Shown here: one piece after another, positions 1-9,862 of the stretch
How positions within the stretch are numbered: position 1 is the stretch's first letter
How the letters are laid out: each line of letters opens with the position of its first letter
Position numbers and translations under genes: made by a program
From: Candidatus Nanoarchaeia archaeon
Lineage (GTDB): Archaea > Nanobdellota > Nanobdellia > Woesearchaeales > JANQNC01
Direction of reading: 5' to 3'
Length of the DNA stretch: 64,000 nt
Assembly: GCA_028279745.1 (NCBI GenBank)
Contig: JANQNC010000001.1
Location: 273,876 to 337,875, forward strand
The notes under the pieces: generated by a model
Database searches by the model: none
What the model saw: the letters and a program-made list of their open reading frames with translations, nothing else
Told to the model about the DNA's origin: nothing

Positions 1-536
1 AATCCAACTAAACCAGTCATTGCTCCCGCAGTAATCAGAATAATAAGCACATACGTAAAAACATTCTTTGAATCAAAAAAGAAATAAATAAATAATGCGA
101 GTCCTGTAGAGATAAAAACAAAATGTATCAAACTCTCAGATAGAAAACGCATCTCACCGACTAAAAAAGAGATAACTACCCCAATATAAAAATAAATAAA
201 TACTGCCATTTTCTTACTATTTAGCTTATCTTTAATGAGAAACCTTCCTTTAATAAAAAATAAAATGTAAACAAGCAATAACAAAACAATTGCAACATTC
301 TTCCCCACAAAAGGAACTAGGGGTAAGTAAATCATAAGAGGTACTGCACCGACCAAAATCATCACTGCAGATTTTAGATCTATGACGATTAGAGGCAATA
401 TTAAAACAAAAAAAATACCAAATAGTACTGAAAAAACCCCCTCAACTCCTGAGCTTATCAATATCACACCTATTAGAGATATCACAATGAACGATAAAAA
501 GATAAACTTGGTTATCCTGGACACACCATTTTCCAT
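1..536 (-). CDS. Polytopic integral membrane protein, C-terminus beyond the window edge; possibly a Wzy/O-antigen-polymerase-like protein given the neighbouring glycan cluster
   Basis: Reverse-strand reading from ATG (complement of 534-536) gives MENGVSRITKFIFLSFIVISLIGVILISSGVEG... with many successive hydrophobic helices and no stop before position 1. It is absent from the ORF track because it is truncated by the window edge. The function is a guess. Confidence 0.4.
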   Translation of the reverse strand, partial: MENGVSRITKFIFLSFIVISLIGVILISSGVEGVFSVLFGIFFVLILPLIVIDLKSAVMILVGAVPLMIYLPLVPFVGKNVAIVLLLLVYILFFIKGRFLIKDKLNSKKMAVFIYFYIGVVISFLVGEMRFLSESLIHFVFISTGLALFIYFFFDSKNVFTYVLIILITAGAMTGLVG

Positions 537-611
537 TTTAATATTTTGACAGGATAAGAGTGTTATTTAAGTTTTTCCAGCATGAACTGGAATGGTTTTT
601 AAACTTTATAA

Positions 612-1823
612 ATGCATCCTGAATTAAAACACCAAGTTATAAAAGCAACTCAGAGTTTATCTTTTATGATGAACGTACTCTATCACTCAAGAACTCTGGC
701 CGTGTCTGGGGGAAGAATCCACATAGACAAGATTATTGAAAACTTAAAAAAGTTAGGAAATAAAGTTGATCTAGTTGAACCCGTTCCTGGTGGGCGAGCT
801 TCAAAAAAAGCATCTTTTATTTTTAGGTTAAAAAGAAAACTGCCTTTGTTTATTTCAGAACTTTTAGAAATATTATATAACCTTAAATCTTACAGAGAGT
901 TGGATAATAAAAGAAAAGAGTATGATATAATTTATGAACGACACACACTTTTCAACAAAGCAGGAATGAAATATGCTAAAAAACACAGAATCCCTTTTGT
1001 TTTAGAAGTAAACTCCCCCATGTTTTATGAAAGGAAAAAGTACAAAGGATTATTTTACAAAAAAACAGCGAGGACCTGGGAAAGACAAGTTTTTCATGCA
1101 GCAGATAAAATAATCTGCGTATCTGAAAGATTAAAAGAAATTCTTATTGGATACGGAGTAGACAAAAATAAAATAGTTGTAATGCATAATGCAATTGATC
1201 CAGAAGAATGTAACAATTCTCTCCCAGACGAGACATTAGCCAAATATAGATTGGAAGATAAAATTGTGGTAGGGTTTGTGGGATACATGCTTAATTGGCA
1301 CGGTGGAGACTGTTTGCTTAAAGTTCTTAGAAAGATCATGAGAGAAAACAGATCAGTCGTTTTTCTATTGGTAGGAAAAATGGACCATGCAAAAAATTAC
1401 AAAAAGTTTCCATTTAAAAATAGGGTCAAGATTACAGGGCAAGTAGAACATAAAAAAATATTTGATTACATAAACACCTTTGACATAGCAGTTATGCCTA
1501 ACAGCAACGAGTATGGTTCTCCAATGAAAATAATAGAGTATCTGGGTGCGGGAAATGCTGTTGTTGGACCAAGAGTGCCAGCAGTAGAAGAATTGATAAC
1601 ATCTGGAAAAAACGGGCTTTTGATAAAACCTAATGATGAAGAACAACTTTACATTGCCTTAAAAGAGCTAATCAAAAACACTCGTTTAAAAAGAGAATTG
1701 GGGAAAAATGCAAAGAGATTTATACTTAGCAAAGGAATGACATGGGAAAATAATGCAAAAAAAACTTTGAATGTTTTCAAGGAACTTATAAGTGATAAAA
1801 AACTGCTTAGGAAGGTAGCATGA
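612..1823 (+). CDS. Glycosyltransferase family 4 (GT-B, group 1)
   Basis: C-terminal GT4 signature EYGSPMKIIEYLGAGNAVVG (E-x7-E) and a Rossmann-like N-domain; first gene of a co-directional glycan cluster. Confidence 0.8.
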   Translation: MHPELKHQVIKATQSLSFMMNVLYHSRTLAVSGGRIHIDKIIENLKKLGNKVDLVEPVPGGRASKKASFIFRLKRKLPLFISELLEILYNLKSYRELDNKRKEYDIIYERHTLFNKAGMKYAKKHRIPFVLEVNSPMFYERKKYKGLFYKKTARTWERQVFHAADKIICVSERLKEILIGYGVDKNKIVVMHNAIDPEECNNSLPDETLAKYRLEDKIVVGFVGYMLNWHGGDCLLKVLRKIMRENRSVVFLLVGKMDHAKNYKKFPFKNRVKITGQVEHKKIFDYINTFDIAVMPNSNEYGSPMKIIEYLGAGNAVVGPRVPAVEELITSGKNGLLIKPNDEEQLYIALKELIKNTRLKRELGKNAKRFILSKGMTWENNAKKTLNVFKELISDKKLLRKVA

Positions 1824-2914
1824 TAGAATATATTTTTTGGGGGTTAGTTGGGTTAGTGATATACAACCTATTAGGTTATCCGCTTACACTATTTATACTA
1901 ACCGTATTTTACAAGAACCAGGCCAGATCTAAACCAATAAGACCCATCGTTTCTTTAATAATTGCAGCATACAACGAAGAGAAATTTATTGAAGAAAAAA
2001 TAATCAATTCATTAAGGTTAGATTACCCAAGACTTGAGATCATAGTGATATCAGATGGATCTACTGATAGAACTGATGAAATATGCAGAAAGTATAACCA
2101 CGAGATAAACTTTGTGAGACTGCCCAGAGGAGGGAAACTAAAAGCACTTAATAAAATTGTTCCTCTAGCAAGAGGAAAAGTAATTCTTCTTTCAGATGCA
2201 AACACTCTGTATGACAGCAATACCGTGAAAGAGATGGTAAAACATTTCAACGATCCGAAAGTTGGAGGTGTGGTAGGAAACATAAACTTTGTCTGCAAAA
2301 AAGGAAAACACAAACAAGGAGAATATGTTTTTACAAAACTTGAAAGGTTTATACAAGAAAGAGAATCCTTACTGGGCTCAACAGTTGGACTAGTAGGGCC
2401 CATAAATGCTGTAAGAAAAGATCTTTATACTTCATTAAAAGGTATGGCTGTGGAAGACTTTGTTTTAGGGTTAGAGATACTAAAAAAAGGTTATAGGGTT
2501 GTGTATGACCCTGATGCAAATGCTTGGGAGGAATCAACACCAAACATAAAAGCAGAATCTGAAAGAAAAGCAAGAATAGTTGTGGGGGGAATGCAAAGTC
2601 TAAAATACATACCTTCATTTATAACACAACCAATTGTACTCTGGCAGTTTTTCTCAAGAAAAGTTCTTAGATGGTTTATGGCAGAAATATTACTTCTGAT
2701 CTTTCTTTTCAACCTATTGTTACTAAACAAAACACCTTATCTGCTCTTTTTTAACTTGCAACTAGCATTCTATGCAGTCTCCCTCTTAGGATCAAAAGTA
2801 AATAAACTATCTTTCTTTTACTACTTTATAAAAATGCAAATCGCATCATTAAGAGGATTTCTTAGGTTTGTCACAGGCAGACAAGAGATGACTTGGAAAA
2901 GAACTGAGAGATAA
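1820..2914 (+). CDS. Glycosyltransferase family 2 (GT-A) with a C-terminal multi-pass membrane region, a processive/synthase-like type
   Basis: IIAAYNEEKFIEEKI...VISDGSTDRT (DxD/DGS GT2 core) and SDANT; hydrophobic C-terminal 100 aa; 4-nt overlap with the upstream GT4. Confidence 0.8.
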   Translation: MIEYIFWGLVGLVIYNLLGYPLTLFILTVFYKNQARSKPIRPIVSLIIAAYNEEKFIEEKIINSLRLDYPRLEIIVISDGSTDRTDEICRKYNHEINFVRLPRGGKLKALNKIVPLARGKVILLSDANTLYDSNTVKEMVKHFNDPKVGGVVGNINFVCKKGKHKQGEYVFTKLERFIQERESLLGSTVGLVGPINAVRKDLYTSLKGMAVEDFVLGLEILKKGYRVVYDPDANAWEESTPNIKAESERKARIVVGGMQSLKYIPSFITQPIVLWQFFSRKVLRWFMAEILLLIFLFNLLLLNKTPYLLFFNLQLAFYAVSLLGSKVNKLSFFYYFIKMQIASLRGFLRFVTGRQEMTWKRTER

Positions 2915-2917
2915 TAA

Positions 2918-3475
2918 TCAAAACTCGCCTTTTTTTGTCATACCTCCAAAAAGTAATTTCAACGCGTAACTCCAGTGTACTTCAAACACTTCTCTTTTTA
3001 TTCTGTTATACACATTACGCTCTTCCCTACTAAGCACCTTACCAATCTTACTGCAGCCAGACCAAACACACATAGCTGGCCGAACATAATAACTAAGAGA
3101 ACAACCTCTGCCTTCAGTAAAAAAATCACAATTTCTTTTGTGGGATCTCTTAGGATTCATAAACGAACCTAGCGGGTAAAGTCTATAACCCCACTTAGGA
3201 GGTTGTTTGATGCCCTCAACTAAGTGCGTTATACGATCAAAAACAGTGACCCTATTAAAACCCCCCACACAACAGTGAGTTATGCAAAGTTTACATCTGC
3301 CAAGCTTAGAAAACAATCTTTCTGCATCATCAAAAGCAGAATAAAGCTTTTTTAGATCTTTTTGCAACCTATCCTTAGTTTGCTTACGAATTACCCACTC
3401 ATCAGACATGAATCTGGGCTCTAAAATAAAATACGCAATAGAGTACAACAACGCATGACTAATTTTTCTAAACAT
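2918..3475 (-). CDS. YkgJ/UPF0153-like putative Fe-S/zinc-cluster protein
   Basis: Cys cluster CKLCITHCC (CxxCxxxCC) plus further conserved Cys; sits antisense inside the glycan cluster. Confidence 0.45.
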   Translation of the reverse strand: MFRKISHALLYSIAYFILEPRFMSDEWVIRKQTKDRLQKDLKKLYSAFDDAERLFSKLGRCKLCITHCCVGGFNRVTVFDRITHLVEGIKQPPKWGYRLYPLGSFMNPKRSHKRNCDFFTEGRGCSLSYYVRPAMCVWSGCSKIGKVLSREERNVYNRIKREVFEVHWSYALKLLFGGMTKKGEF

Positions 3476-3608
3476 ATTCTTAAAGGTTAGCTCCCCCAGT
3501 TATTTATATTTTGTTATTCTTTTACGGCATCCTAAAATGCTAAAGCTTATAAAAAAGATGAAATCTACTATTAGAAGAAATATAGTGGTGCGGGGGTCGA
3601 TTTTATAG

Positions 3609-4760
3609 ATGGAAGTACATATTAAGAAAATAGAAAAAAGCAGTGACTTTTTTGATCTAAAAAACGAATGGAGCGAGTTTTTTGAAAAGACCAAAAGTAA
3701 AAACCCATTTTTAACTTTTGAATGGATGTATACTTGGTGGGAAAGTTTTAAAGATAATAAATCTAGACTTAATATCCTTCTTTTTTATAAAAAAAAAGAA
3801 TTGATCGGAATCGTGCCTCTGTTCTATAAAAAAAAATTAGGACTTTTTAGAGAATTCTTTTTCATAGGTACTGGACGTTCAGACCTGCTAAACATACTAT
3901 ACGCTGAAAAAGACTTTGAGCTTGTTTTTGATTATTTCATCTCCTATCTTCGTAAAACACTAAAAGGCTTTGATATAATTGATTTGCAAGATCTTTGCCT
4001 TAACCTAAATGAAATAAAGTACTTGATGAAAAAGTGCCGCAATCTTAAGTTAAACCCAATCTATCGGGTCCAGGACTGCTGTCCGATAATAAAAACAGGC
4101 AACCTAACCTGGACAAACTATCTTGAAAAGAAAAATATAAAGAAAAAAATTATCCAAGAAGAAAGGAGGTTAAAGAAAAAAGGAGATGTTCATGTTGAAA
4201 CAATTAAAAGTTTTAACATATCAAAAAGTTTTGATACCAACATATTCCAGGTCGCGAGCGATATCGAAAGAAAAAGCTGGAAATTTGTCAATGGCTCCGA
4301 AAGAATCAATACCTCAAAAAAGTCCAGAATGTTCTTTAAAAATATGTTACAAAGATTTTCATCAAAAGGCATGGTTGAATTTCGAGTATACTGCTTGGAC
4401 AAACTGCCCAGAGCTTACTCCATACTTTTCAACCTAGGTAAAAAAACTTTCTACTACAATACTGCATTTGACAATGCCCTCTTGCCTCTTGGACCTGGTG
4501 CTCTTCTCTTAATTAATAATGTACGGGAAAGTTTCAATAACGGATTTGAAGAATTTAACTTTCTAAGGGGGCACGAAGATTACAAGAATAAATGGACTAC
4601 TGAAACACAAAGCTTATATGAACTGGTAATCACAAAATCACAAATGCACCCCAAACAAGTGTACTACAAGACAAGATGGTTCTCTGCAAGAATCCCCTTC
4701 ATTATAACCGCCGCAGGAAAATTCAGAGGAACAATCCAAAAGTTGAAAAGAAAAAAATGA
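3609..4760 (+). CDS. GNAT-fold acyltransferase of the CelD/BioF2/FemAB-like family (Acetyltransf_6-like)
   Basis: N-terminal FLTFEWMYTWWESF pattern typical of CelD/BioF2-like proteins; about 380 aa; located in the glycan cluster. Confidence 0.55.
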   Translation: MEVHIKKIEKSSDFFDLKNEWSEFFEKTKSKNPFLTFEWMYTWWESFKDNKSRLNILLFYKKKELIGIVPLFYKKKLGLFREFFFIGTGRSDLLNILYAEKDFELVFDYFISYLRKTLKGFDIIDLQDLCLNLNEIKYLMKKCRNLKLNPIYRVQDCCPIIKTGNLTWTNYLEKKNIKKKIIQEERRLKKKGDVHVETIKSFNISKSFDTNIFQVASDIERKSWKFVNGSERINTSKKSRMFFKNMLQRFSSKGMVEFRVYCLDKLPRAYSILFNLGKKTFYYNTAFDNALLPLGPGALLLINNVRESFNNGFEEFNFLRGHEDYKNKWTTETQSLYELVITKSQMHPKQVYYKTRWFSARIPFIITAAGKFRGTIQKLKRKK

Positions 4761-5401
4761 TAAAAAAACTAATAAAAAAAGCAGTATTGAGCTTAATACC
4801 TAACCGATACATTATCAGAAAAGGAAAAAACAAACTTTACCTGACTTTTGATGATGGTCCCAATCCAGTTTACACCCCCAAAATTCTAGACATATTAAAA
4901 GAAAGAAACATTAAAGCAACTTTTTTCTTGATTGGTGAAGAAGCAGAAAAATACCCTGATATAGTAAAAAGAATCCATCAAGAAGGTCACAGCATAGGCA
5001 ACCACACACATACGCATTCAAACCTATCCAAACTGTCAAAAAAAGAAATAAGAAACGAAATTATCAAATGTTCTGAAGCCATAAGAAATATAACTGGTGA
5101 ACGACCATCACTGCTTAGACCCCCTTTCTTAAAACTATCTTTGATCTCTTGGTTCCTAAATAAAACACCCAAAGTAAGATTAGTTCTTAACTCACTAGAT
5201 AGCCTAGACTATAAAAAAGAAAATGAAAACATAATAATCTCAAGAGTCAACCCAAATAAGGTAAGAAATGGAGACATTATATTATTTCATGATAACAACA
5301 AATATTCACAATTTAAGGGAACACAGGAAAGTACCATTAATGCACTTCCAACAATATTAACAAGACTTCAGAGAAAAAAATTTCGATTTGGAAAATTATG
5401 A
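4757..5401 (+). CDS. Polysaccharide deacetylase (NodB homology domain, CE4)
   Basis: LYLTFDDGPNP...ATFFLIGEE...GHSIGNHTHTH (NodB motifs 1-3). The start was moved to ATG 4757 (MIKKLIKK), which overlaps the stop of the upstream gene as ATGA; the track's 4676 start would overlap the upstream CDS by 85 nt. Confidence 0.8.
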   Translation: MIKKLIKKAVLSLIPNRYIIRKGKNKLYLTFDDGPNPVYTPKILDILKERNIKATFFLIGEEAEKYPDIVKRIHQEGHSIGNHTHTHSNLSKLSKKEIRNEIIKCSEAIRNITGERPSLLRPPFLKLSLISWFLNKTPKVRLVLNSLDSLDYKKENENIIISRVNPNKVRNGDIILFHDNNKYSQFKGTQESTINALPTILTRLQRKKFRFGKL

Positions 5402-5411
5402 GGAGAACAAG

Positions 5412-6464
5412 ATGAAAATTGCAATAGTTGGTTTAGGACAAATTGCTGACGCACATATCTGCGAGATAAAAAAGATAAAAGGCTGCAAAGTAGTGGGTAT
5501 CTGTGATAAAGTCAACTCTATACTGACCATGTTTTCGCAGAGACACGGAATAAAAAACAAGTATACCGAATTTAAGACTATGCTCAAAGAAACAGAGCCC
5601 GATGTTGTACATATAACCACCCCTCCCCCCTCCCACTTCAGTTTAGGCAAAGAAGCAATACGACAAGGCTGCAGCACATACATAGAAAAACCATTCACTC
5701 TTTCACTAAATGAAACTGAAGAACTAATAACGCTTGCAAATAAGAAAAAAGTTAAACTTTGTGTAGGGACAGACTGTCTTTATTATACTGCCATGTATAA
5801 AGCGATGGAGTTTGTTAAAAAAGGAAAAATTGGGAGGGTCACACACATCGAAACAGTAATGAGTTATGACCTAACTGGAATCTTTGGAAAAGTCTTCTTA
5901 TCAAATCCTTCCCATTGGGTGAATAAACTACCTGGAAAACTATTCCAGAACATAATCTCCCACCCTCTTTCCGCAATAGTCCCATTCATAGGTGATACGT
6001 ACAAAACTTTTGCTTGGGCAAGTGACTTTTCAGAAAATGGAATGGTTAGTGATGAGTTGAGACTTCAAATATTCAATGAAAAAGAAAAAATCACTGCTTC
6101 ACTTGTTTTTACTTCAAACATAAAACCTGCCACGTTTCAAGTAAGATATTATGGCACAAAAAAATCAGTATACTTCGATAATATATTAAATACTTTGTCT
6201 ATTGAAAAAACCCCCTCAATTCCAAGCAGGATAGGTGAACTCATAAAAATCAAAAATAACATTACCAGTTTGAAAAAACAATTATGGCATATGCTAAAAG
6301 GATATTTTACTGGGAAAGAACAATATTTTTCTGGTATGAACCGGATGATAAGTACATTTTATGATTCAATAAAACACAACACACAACCACCCGTAAGCTA
6401 CACAGAATTAAGAAGAACTGCAAAAATAATGGACGAGATGATTGTCCAACTGAGGCGAAAATGA
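5412..6464 (+). CDS. Gfo/Idh/MocA-family NAD(P)-dependent sugar oxidoreductase
   Basis: MKIAIVGLGQIADAHI Rossmann N-terminus and EKP motif (YIEKPFTLS); GAGGAG ribosome-binding site before ATG 5412 (the track start at 5388 is a TTG). Confidence 0.75.
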   Translation: MKIAIVGLGQIADAHICEIKKIKGCKVVGICDKVNSILTMFSQRHGIKNKYTEFKTMLKETEPDVVHITTPPPSHFSLGKEAIRQGCSTYIEKPFTLSLNETEELITLANKKKVKLCVGTDCLYYTAMYKAMEFVKKGKIGRVTHIETVMSYDLTGIFGKVFLSNPSHWVNKLPGKLFQNIISHPLSAIVPFIGDTYKTFAWASDFSENGMVSDELRLQIFNEKEKITASLVFTSNIKPATFQVRYYGTKKSVYFDNILNTLSIEKTPSIPSRIGELIKIKNNITSLKKQLWHMLKGYFTGKEQYFSGMNRMISTFYDSIKHNTQPPVSYTELRRTAKIMDEMIVQLRRK

Positions 6465-7468
6465 GAATACTAGTTACGGGTGCAAACGGTTTTTTGGGCA
6501 GAAATACAGTAGAACACCTCTTAAGGTTAAAGAAAAAAGAAGATAAAATAAAATGCCTAGTAAGACATAAAAGCTCAACTAATGGCCTAGACAAACTACT
6601 TGTTAAGATCATACGCGGAAGCCTTAATGAAAAAAAAGATATACAAAAAGCAATACAAAAAGTTGACACAATAATACACTTAGCTGCAACAGGCTCGGGA
6701 AGTCCTGTAGGGATGTTTTCAGAAACGGTCGCCTCTACAGAAAGATTGTTTGATGAAATAAAAGAGAGCGACGTAAAAAAAGTTGTAATGATAAGCTCGT
6801 TTTCAGTATATGAAATAAATAAGACAAGAAGAGGTTCAGTTATTACTGAGAAAACACCTATCGAATCACACCCTGAAAAGCGTGACGCGTATGCATGGTC
6901 TAAATATCATCAAGAAATAATAGCAAAAAATAAAGCAGATGAGCTGGGAATAAATCTAATAATACTAAGGCCCAGCGTGATATATGGTGAAGAAACTAAT
7001 CTTTTATGCCGTAGAATAGGACAACAAATTCCCGGTCTTCCTTTCTTTGCAGTAGGCAGATCTGCCAAAGTTCCGTTAATATACATCAGAGACTGCGCGG
7101 AAGCTGTTGCGTTAGCATGCATTAATCAAAAGATAAACAATGAAATAATTAACATCGTAGGAGACAACCTGCCAACTCAGTCACAATATCTAAAGGAGTA
7201 CCAAAAGACATTTGGAAAAATAAAAAATAATATTTTTGTGCCTTTCCCCATATTCTACCTGGCTTGCTGGGTAGGGGAAATATTAAACAAAAATACAAGA
7301 GGTAACTTCCCAAATGTATACACAAGATACAAAGCAGCCAGCTACAAACCATTTGAATACTCAAACAAAAAAGCTAAAAAACTTTTGGGCTGGATACCTA
7401 AAACGTCAGTAACACAGGGCTTGAAAAAAAGTCTTATGCATATAAAACAAGCAGGCAACATAAAATGA
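6461..7468 (+). CDS. NAD-dependent epimerase/dehydratase (extended SDR)
   Basis: MRILVTGANGFLGRN glycine-rich NAD-binding motif and YxxxK (YAWSKYHQE); 4-nt overlap with neighbours. Confidence 0.8.
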   Translation: MRILVTGANGFLGRNTVEHLLRLKKKEDKIKCLVRHKSSTNGLDKLLVKIIRGSLNEKKDIQKAIQKVDTIIHLAATGSGSPVGMFSETVASTERLFDEIKESDVKKVVMISSFSVYEINKTRRGSVITEKTPIESHPEKRDAYAWSKYHQEIIAKNKADELGINLIILRPSVIYGEETNLLCRRIGQQIPGLPFFAVGRSAKVPLIYIRDCAEAVALACINQKINNEIINIVGDNLPTQSQYLKEYQKTFGKIKNNIFVPFPIFYLACWVGEILNKNTRGNFPNVYTRYKAASYKPFEYSNKKAKKLLGWIPKTSVTQGLKKSLMHIKQAGNIK

Positions 7469-8583
7469 AAAATAAACCCAAAATTATAACCATATCCACA
7501 CAATTCCCAAACCCCCGAGATCATTCTAGGGGAGTTTATGTATTAAATAGACTAAAAGCAATGCAAAAATACTTTGATGTAGAAGTAATTTCCCCCCTGC
7601 CTTGGTTTCCTTTCGTAAAGAAGAACAGACCAAGAAGAATGCCTTCTTCAGGAATAGTTCAAGGAATCAAAATTCATTACCCTAGGTTCTTCTCCATCCC
7701 AAAGTTCTTTAAATTCCTAGATGGGTGGTTCTTCTATCTTTCATTGAAAAAATTCGAAGAAAAAATAAAAGAATCAGATATTGTTGATGCTCATTTTGCG
7801 TGGCCTGAAGGGTATGCTGCATGGTTACTTACAAGGAAAATAAATAAAAAGCTTTCAGTCACATTACGAGGCAGCGATATCAACGTTAAACTTCAACAAA
7901 GACTGCTAGGTGAGAGAATTTCTGGGATGTTGATTGGGGCAGACAAAATTATATCTGTAAGCCAGAAACTAAAAAATAAGGCTCTGCAAAAGGTGGAACG
8001 AGAGATTGAAGTAGCATCAAATGGAGTAAACACTTCAATTTTTAATCCTTTAGGTAAAAAGAAATCCAGAACTGAATTAAACCTGCCTTCAAACAAAAAA
8101 ATAATCCTTTCTGTGGGGAGACCCTACAAACTAAAAGGGTTTTATGAATTAGCTGAAGCAGTTAAGGGCTTGGATGTTTTACTAGTTTTAATAGGTGATG
8201 ACAAAGATGGAAGAGTTAAATTCATTAATTTCCTTAAACGTCAAAACATAACAAATGTCAAGATTATCAAAAAGGTAAAACACGAAGACCTTTACAAATG
8301 GTATTCGGCCGCAGACCTATTCGTTCTTGCAAGCCATAGAGAAGGCTGGCCGAATGTCGTTATGGAAGCGTTGGCATGCGGCAAACCTTGTGTTGTTACA
8401 AAAGATGCTGCAGGAGAATTCATAACAAAAGATTTAGGATTTATCACAGATTATTCAAATCTTTCTAATATCATTGTTGAAGCTTTAAACCACAAATGGA
8501 ATGAAAAAAAGATAGTTAGTTTCGCCAGACAAAACAGTTGGGAACAAACTGCAAAGAAAGTTTACGAACACCTCATAAAATGA
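7465..8583 (+). CDS. Glycosyltransferase family 4
   Basis: HREGWPNVVMEALACGKPCVVT (GT4 E-x7-E motif). Confidence 0.8.
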   Translation: MKNKPKIITISTQFPNPRDHSRGVYVLNRLKAMQKYFDVEVISPLPWFPFVKKNRPRRMPSSGIVQGIKIHYPRFFSIPKFFKFLDGWFFYLSLKKFEEKIKESDIVDAHFAWPEGYAAWLLTRKINKKLSVTLRGSDINVKLQQRLLGERISGMLIGADKIISVSQKLKNKALQKVEREIEVASNGVNTSIFNPLGKKKSRTELNLPSNKKIILSVGRPYKLKGFYELAEAVKGLDVLLVLIGDDKDGRVKFINFLKRQNITNVKIIKKVKHEDLYKWYSAADLFVLASHREGWPNVVMEALACGKPCVVTKDAAGEFITKDLGFITDYSNLSNIIVEALNHKWNEKKIVSFARQNSWEQTAKKVYEHLIK

Positions 8584-9686
8584 AAATAGCAATACTGATT
8601 CACGATCTTAATCTAGAAGGCATCGCTCAAATGGTTACCTACTTAACCTCTACCTTAACCAATCACGAGTTTATCATAATATGTAACGAAGTTCTGTCAG
8701 ATCCCGGAGTAAAAAACGCAAAAATCTACGAGTTAAAAAAAAAGATAAAACATAAAGCCTCATTTAACCTTCTGAATCTTATTAGAGAAACCTCAAAAAT
8801 AATAAGAAAAGAAAAGCCAGACCTCATACACTTACAGGATATACCTCTGATCCTAAGGGTTAAAAACTTTCCAAAAAAAAGAACCATATGTACAATACAC
8901 CGAAGCTACTCAGATAAAGGGATAATGAAAAAAATCTTTCAAAACATTCTCTCAAGAAAAATAAGATATTTGATCTCTGTAGGAAGAATTACTAAACAAA
9001 GTCTCAAGCGTAATTTGGGCATATCCCAAAAAAAGATAAAACTTGTGATGAACGGTATCGATTTAGATAAGTTCAACAATAAATTTGACTTGAAAAAAAT
9101 TAGAAAAGATCTAGGACTGAAAAAAAATGAAAAAGTCATGTCTATAATTGCAGGCATAAGGGAGGAAAAAGACCACCTAACCCTAATAAGAGCATTTAAA
9201 AAAATAGTTTATACTGAACAAAATGTTAAACTGCTTATAGTTGGGGGAGGGTTAGCTGAACAAGTAAATAAAATAAGAAAAGAGATAGCTGACAATGGGT
9301 TAACAGATAAAGTCAAACTTTTAGGAGAAAGAAGGGACATAGACAAACTACTGGGAATAACAGACATATCTGTGTTAAGCTCAAGAATTGAAGCATTACC
9401 TATGACCCTTCTTGAATCCATGGCGTCATCTAATCCAATTGTAGCAACAAGTGTTGGAGGAAATTCTGAACTTATAGTTGATGGGGTTAACGGCTTTCTA
9501 GTTCCACCAAAAAACCCCTCAGCACTTGCTTCTGCTTTGTTGAGACTGCTTTCTGATTCTAAGCTAAGGAGTAAGATGGGAAAAGAAGGAAGAAAAAGAG
9601 TTGAGAAATATTTTTCAACAGAAAGAATGTGTAAAGAGTATGAACAGATTTACGAAAGTATTTTACCAAAAACCAGTGACCGATAA
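8580..9686 (+). CDS. Glycosyltransferase family 4
   Basis: RIEALPMTLLESMASSNPIVATSVGGNSELI (GT4 motif); start set at ATG 8580 (MKIAILIHD), an ATGA overlap with the upstream stop. Confidence 0.8.
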   Translation: MKIAILIHDLNLEGIAQMVTYLTSTLTNHEFIIICNEVLSDPGVKNAKIYELKKKIKHKASFNLLNLIRETSKIIRKEKPDLIHLQDIPLILRVKNFPKKRTICTIHRSYSDKGIMKKIFQNILSRKIRYLISVGRITKQSLKRNLGISQKKIKLVMNGIDLDKFNNKFDLKKIRKDLGLKKNEKVMSIIAGIREEKDHLTLIRAFKKIVYTEQNVKLLIVGGGLAEQVNKIRKEIADNGLTDKVKLLGERRDIDKLLGITDISVLSSRIEALPMTLLESMASSNPIVATSVGGNSELIVDGVNGFLVPPKNPSALASALLRLLSDSKLRSKMGKEGRKRVEKYFSTERMCKEYEQIYESILPKTSDR

Positions 9687-9862
9687 GCTTATAAACTAAT
9701 TATTCTCAGATCAAGTTATAGCAATTTGAAAAAATAGTAACAAAAGGTAGTTTTGATGGATGAAGTGAAGATAATAAAGCAGAAATGTAGATCTCTAACT
9801 GAAGAAGAAGACATAGACTGGCTGATGAGATGGAAATAGTTAGCCAGGTAGGCTAAAAAAAA

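Noticed and set aside
1094-3172. Many 60-130 aa ORFs antisense to or overlapping the large glycosyltransferase CDSs (e.g. 1094-1339, 1365-1646, 2023-2403, 2349-2618, 2491-2730, 2975-3172). Similar shadow ORFs occur throughout the track (e.g. 17130-17542, 21451-21762, 62666-62998).
   Set aside because: They lie inside longer ORFs that carry clear family signatures on the other strand or frame. Their products are low-complexity or Leu/Ser/Phe-rich, as expected from reading AT-rich coding DNA out of frame.
4676-4756. Track-proposed upstream starts for several genes (4676 for the deacetylase, 8538 for the GT4, 19449 for the GT4, 11333 for the VOC protein, 56658 for the hydrogenase small subunit, 54588 for hypA, 37370 for GGR).
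   Set aside because: Each would create long overlaps with the neighbouring CDS. Internal ATGs with ATGA overlaps or GGAGG-type ribosome-binding sites, and the conserved family N-termini (MKIAI..., MHE..., MTKPK...), fit better.
9747-9830. 27-aa upstream ORF (MDEVKIIKQKCRSLTEEEDIDWLMRWK) in the intergenic region before the AlkD-like gene.
   Set aside because: It is too short, has no ribosome-binding site and no recognisable motif. It could be a leader peptide, but nothing in the sequence supports that.
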